From: Lachnospiraceae bacterium
GTDB taxonomy: Bacteria; Bacillota; Clostridia; Lachnospirales; Lachnospiraceae
DNA length: 39,862 nt
Direction: 5' to 3'
Assembly (NCBI GenBank): GCA_017624175.1
Contig: JAGANP010000327.1
Location: 1-39,862, forward strand
Notes under the pieces: model-generated
Database searches by the model: none
Seen by the model: only the letters and a program-made list of their open reading frames with translations
What the model was told of the DNA's origin: nothing
Made by a program: the position numbers and the translations under genes
Shown here: piece by piece, positions 39,754 through 39,862 of the stretch
Layout of the letters: every line of letters starts with the position of its first letter
Numbering within the stretch: position 1 is the first letter of the stretch

Positions 39754-39862
39754 GCAATTTGTTCTTTTCGATCAATTTTCTTAGGTTGCTCTCACGAAGT
39801 CTGTAAAACGTCATAACCGAATTTTTTAATCCCTCCTTGTCAGTTTCAAGTGCAACACGCAC
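39737..39862 (-). CDS. C-terminal 41 aa of a gene entering from outside the window; resembles a PBECR-type nuclease domain (likely MuF/minor-capsid toxin)
   Basis: VRVALETDKEGLKNSVMTFYRLRESNLRKLIEKNKLLYKKE*; position upstream of the scaffold gene. Confidence 0.6.
   Translation of the reverse strand: MRVALETDKEGLKNSVMTFYRLRESNLRKLIEKNKLLYKKE

Larger units (their letters stand above)
20165..39862 (-). mobile_element. Siphovirus-type prophage, late-gene half; continues past the window end
   Basis: Co-oriented scaffold, capsid, connector, tail tube, Gp15, tape measure, fibre, holin and endolysin genes ending at a tRNA-derived att. Confidence 0.95.

Noticed and set aside
39851-39859. TGCAACACG matching the att-proximal repeat
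   Set aside because: Single 9-mer inside a coding frame, mid-prophage; likely chance

Overview
The window looks like a Lachnospiraceae-type (Clostridia) chromosome, inferred from gene content, the CIRCE element and phage gene style. Positions 1-18.4 kb are host genes: a 3D-domain secreted protein, metY, fucO, an ABC-class ATPase, a histidine phosphatase, a small Cys/His secreted protein paired with an orphan solute-binding lipoprotein, groESL with a perfect CIRCE, a DUF1905/C39-like protein, AraC, mgtE, yigZ and a class A PBP. AraC and the PBP each carry one in-frame stop. Positions 18.4-20.1 kb are a decayed accessory patch. From about 20.17 kb to the window end is the late half of a siphovirus prophage on the minus strand, bounded by a duplicated tRNA 3' end. 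It contains lysis, tail-fibre, tape-measure, tail, head-tail, capsid and scaffold genes, a tRNA-Met, and two inserted cassettes. The best signals are non-coding or below the ORF-track cutoff. (1) A sigma-A promoter in the last codons of a probable PBECR-type nuclease toxin drives a ~100-nt four-way-junction RNA with a kissing loop, a candidate RNA antitoxin. (2) An unannotated Cys-rich KTR zinc-finger gene occurs with tandem GAGCC motifs built into two hairpins. (3) A shared leader RNA motif precedes the capsid, tail-tube and tape-measure genes. (4) A terminator plus phage-specific promoter unit occurs twice. (5) An MGGRG-protein/DUF4417 pair is inserted in the head-tail module. All family names come from motif recognition by eye, not database searches.
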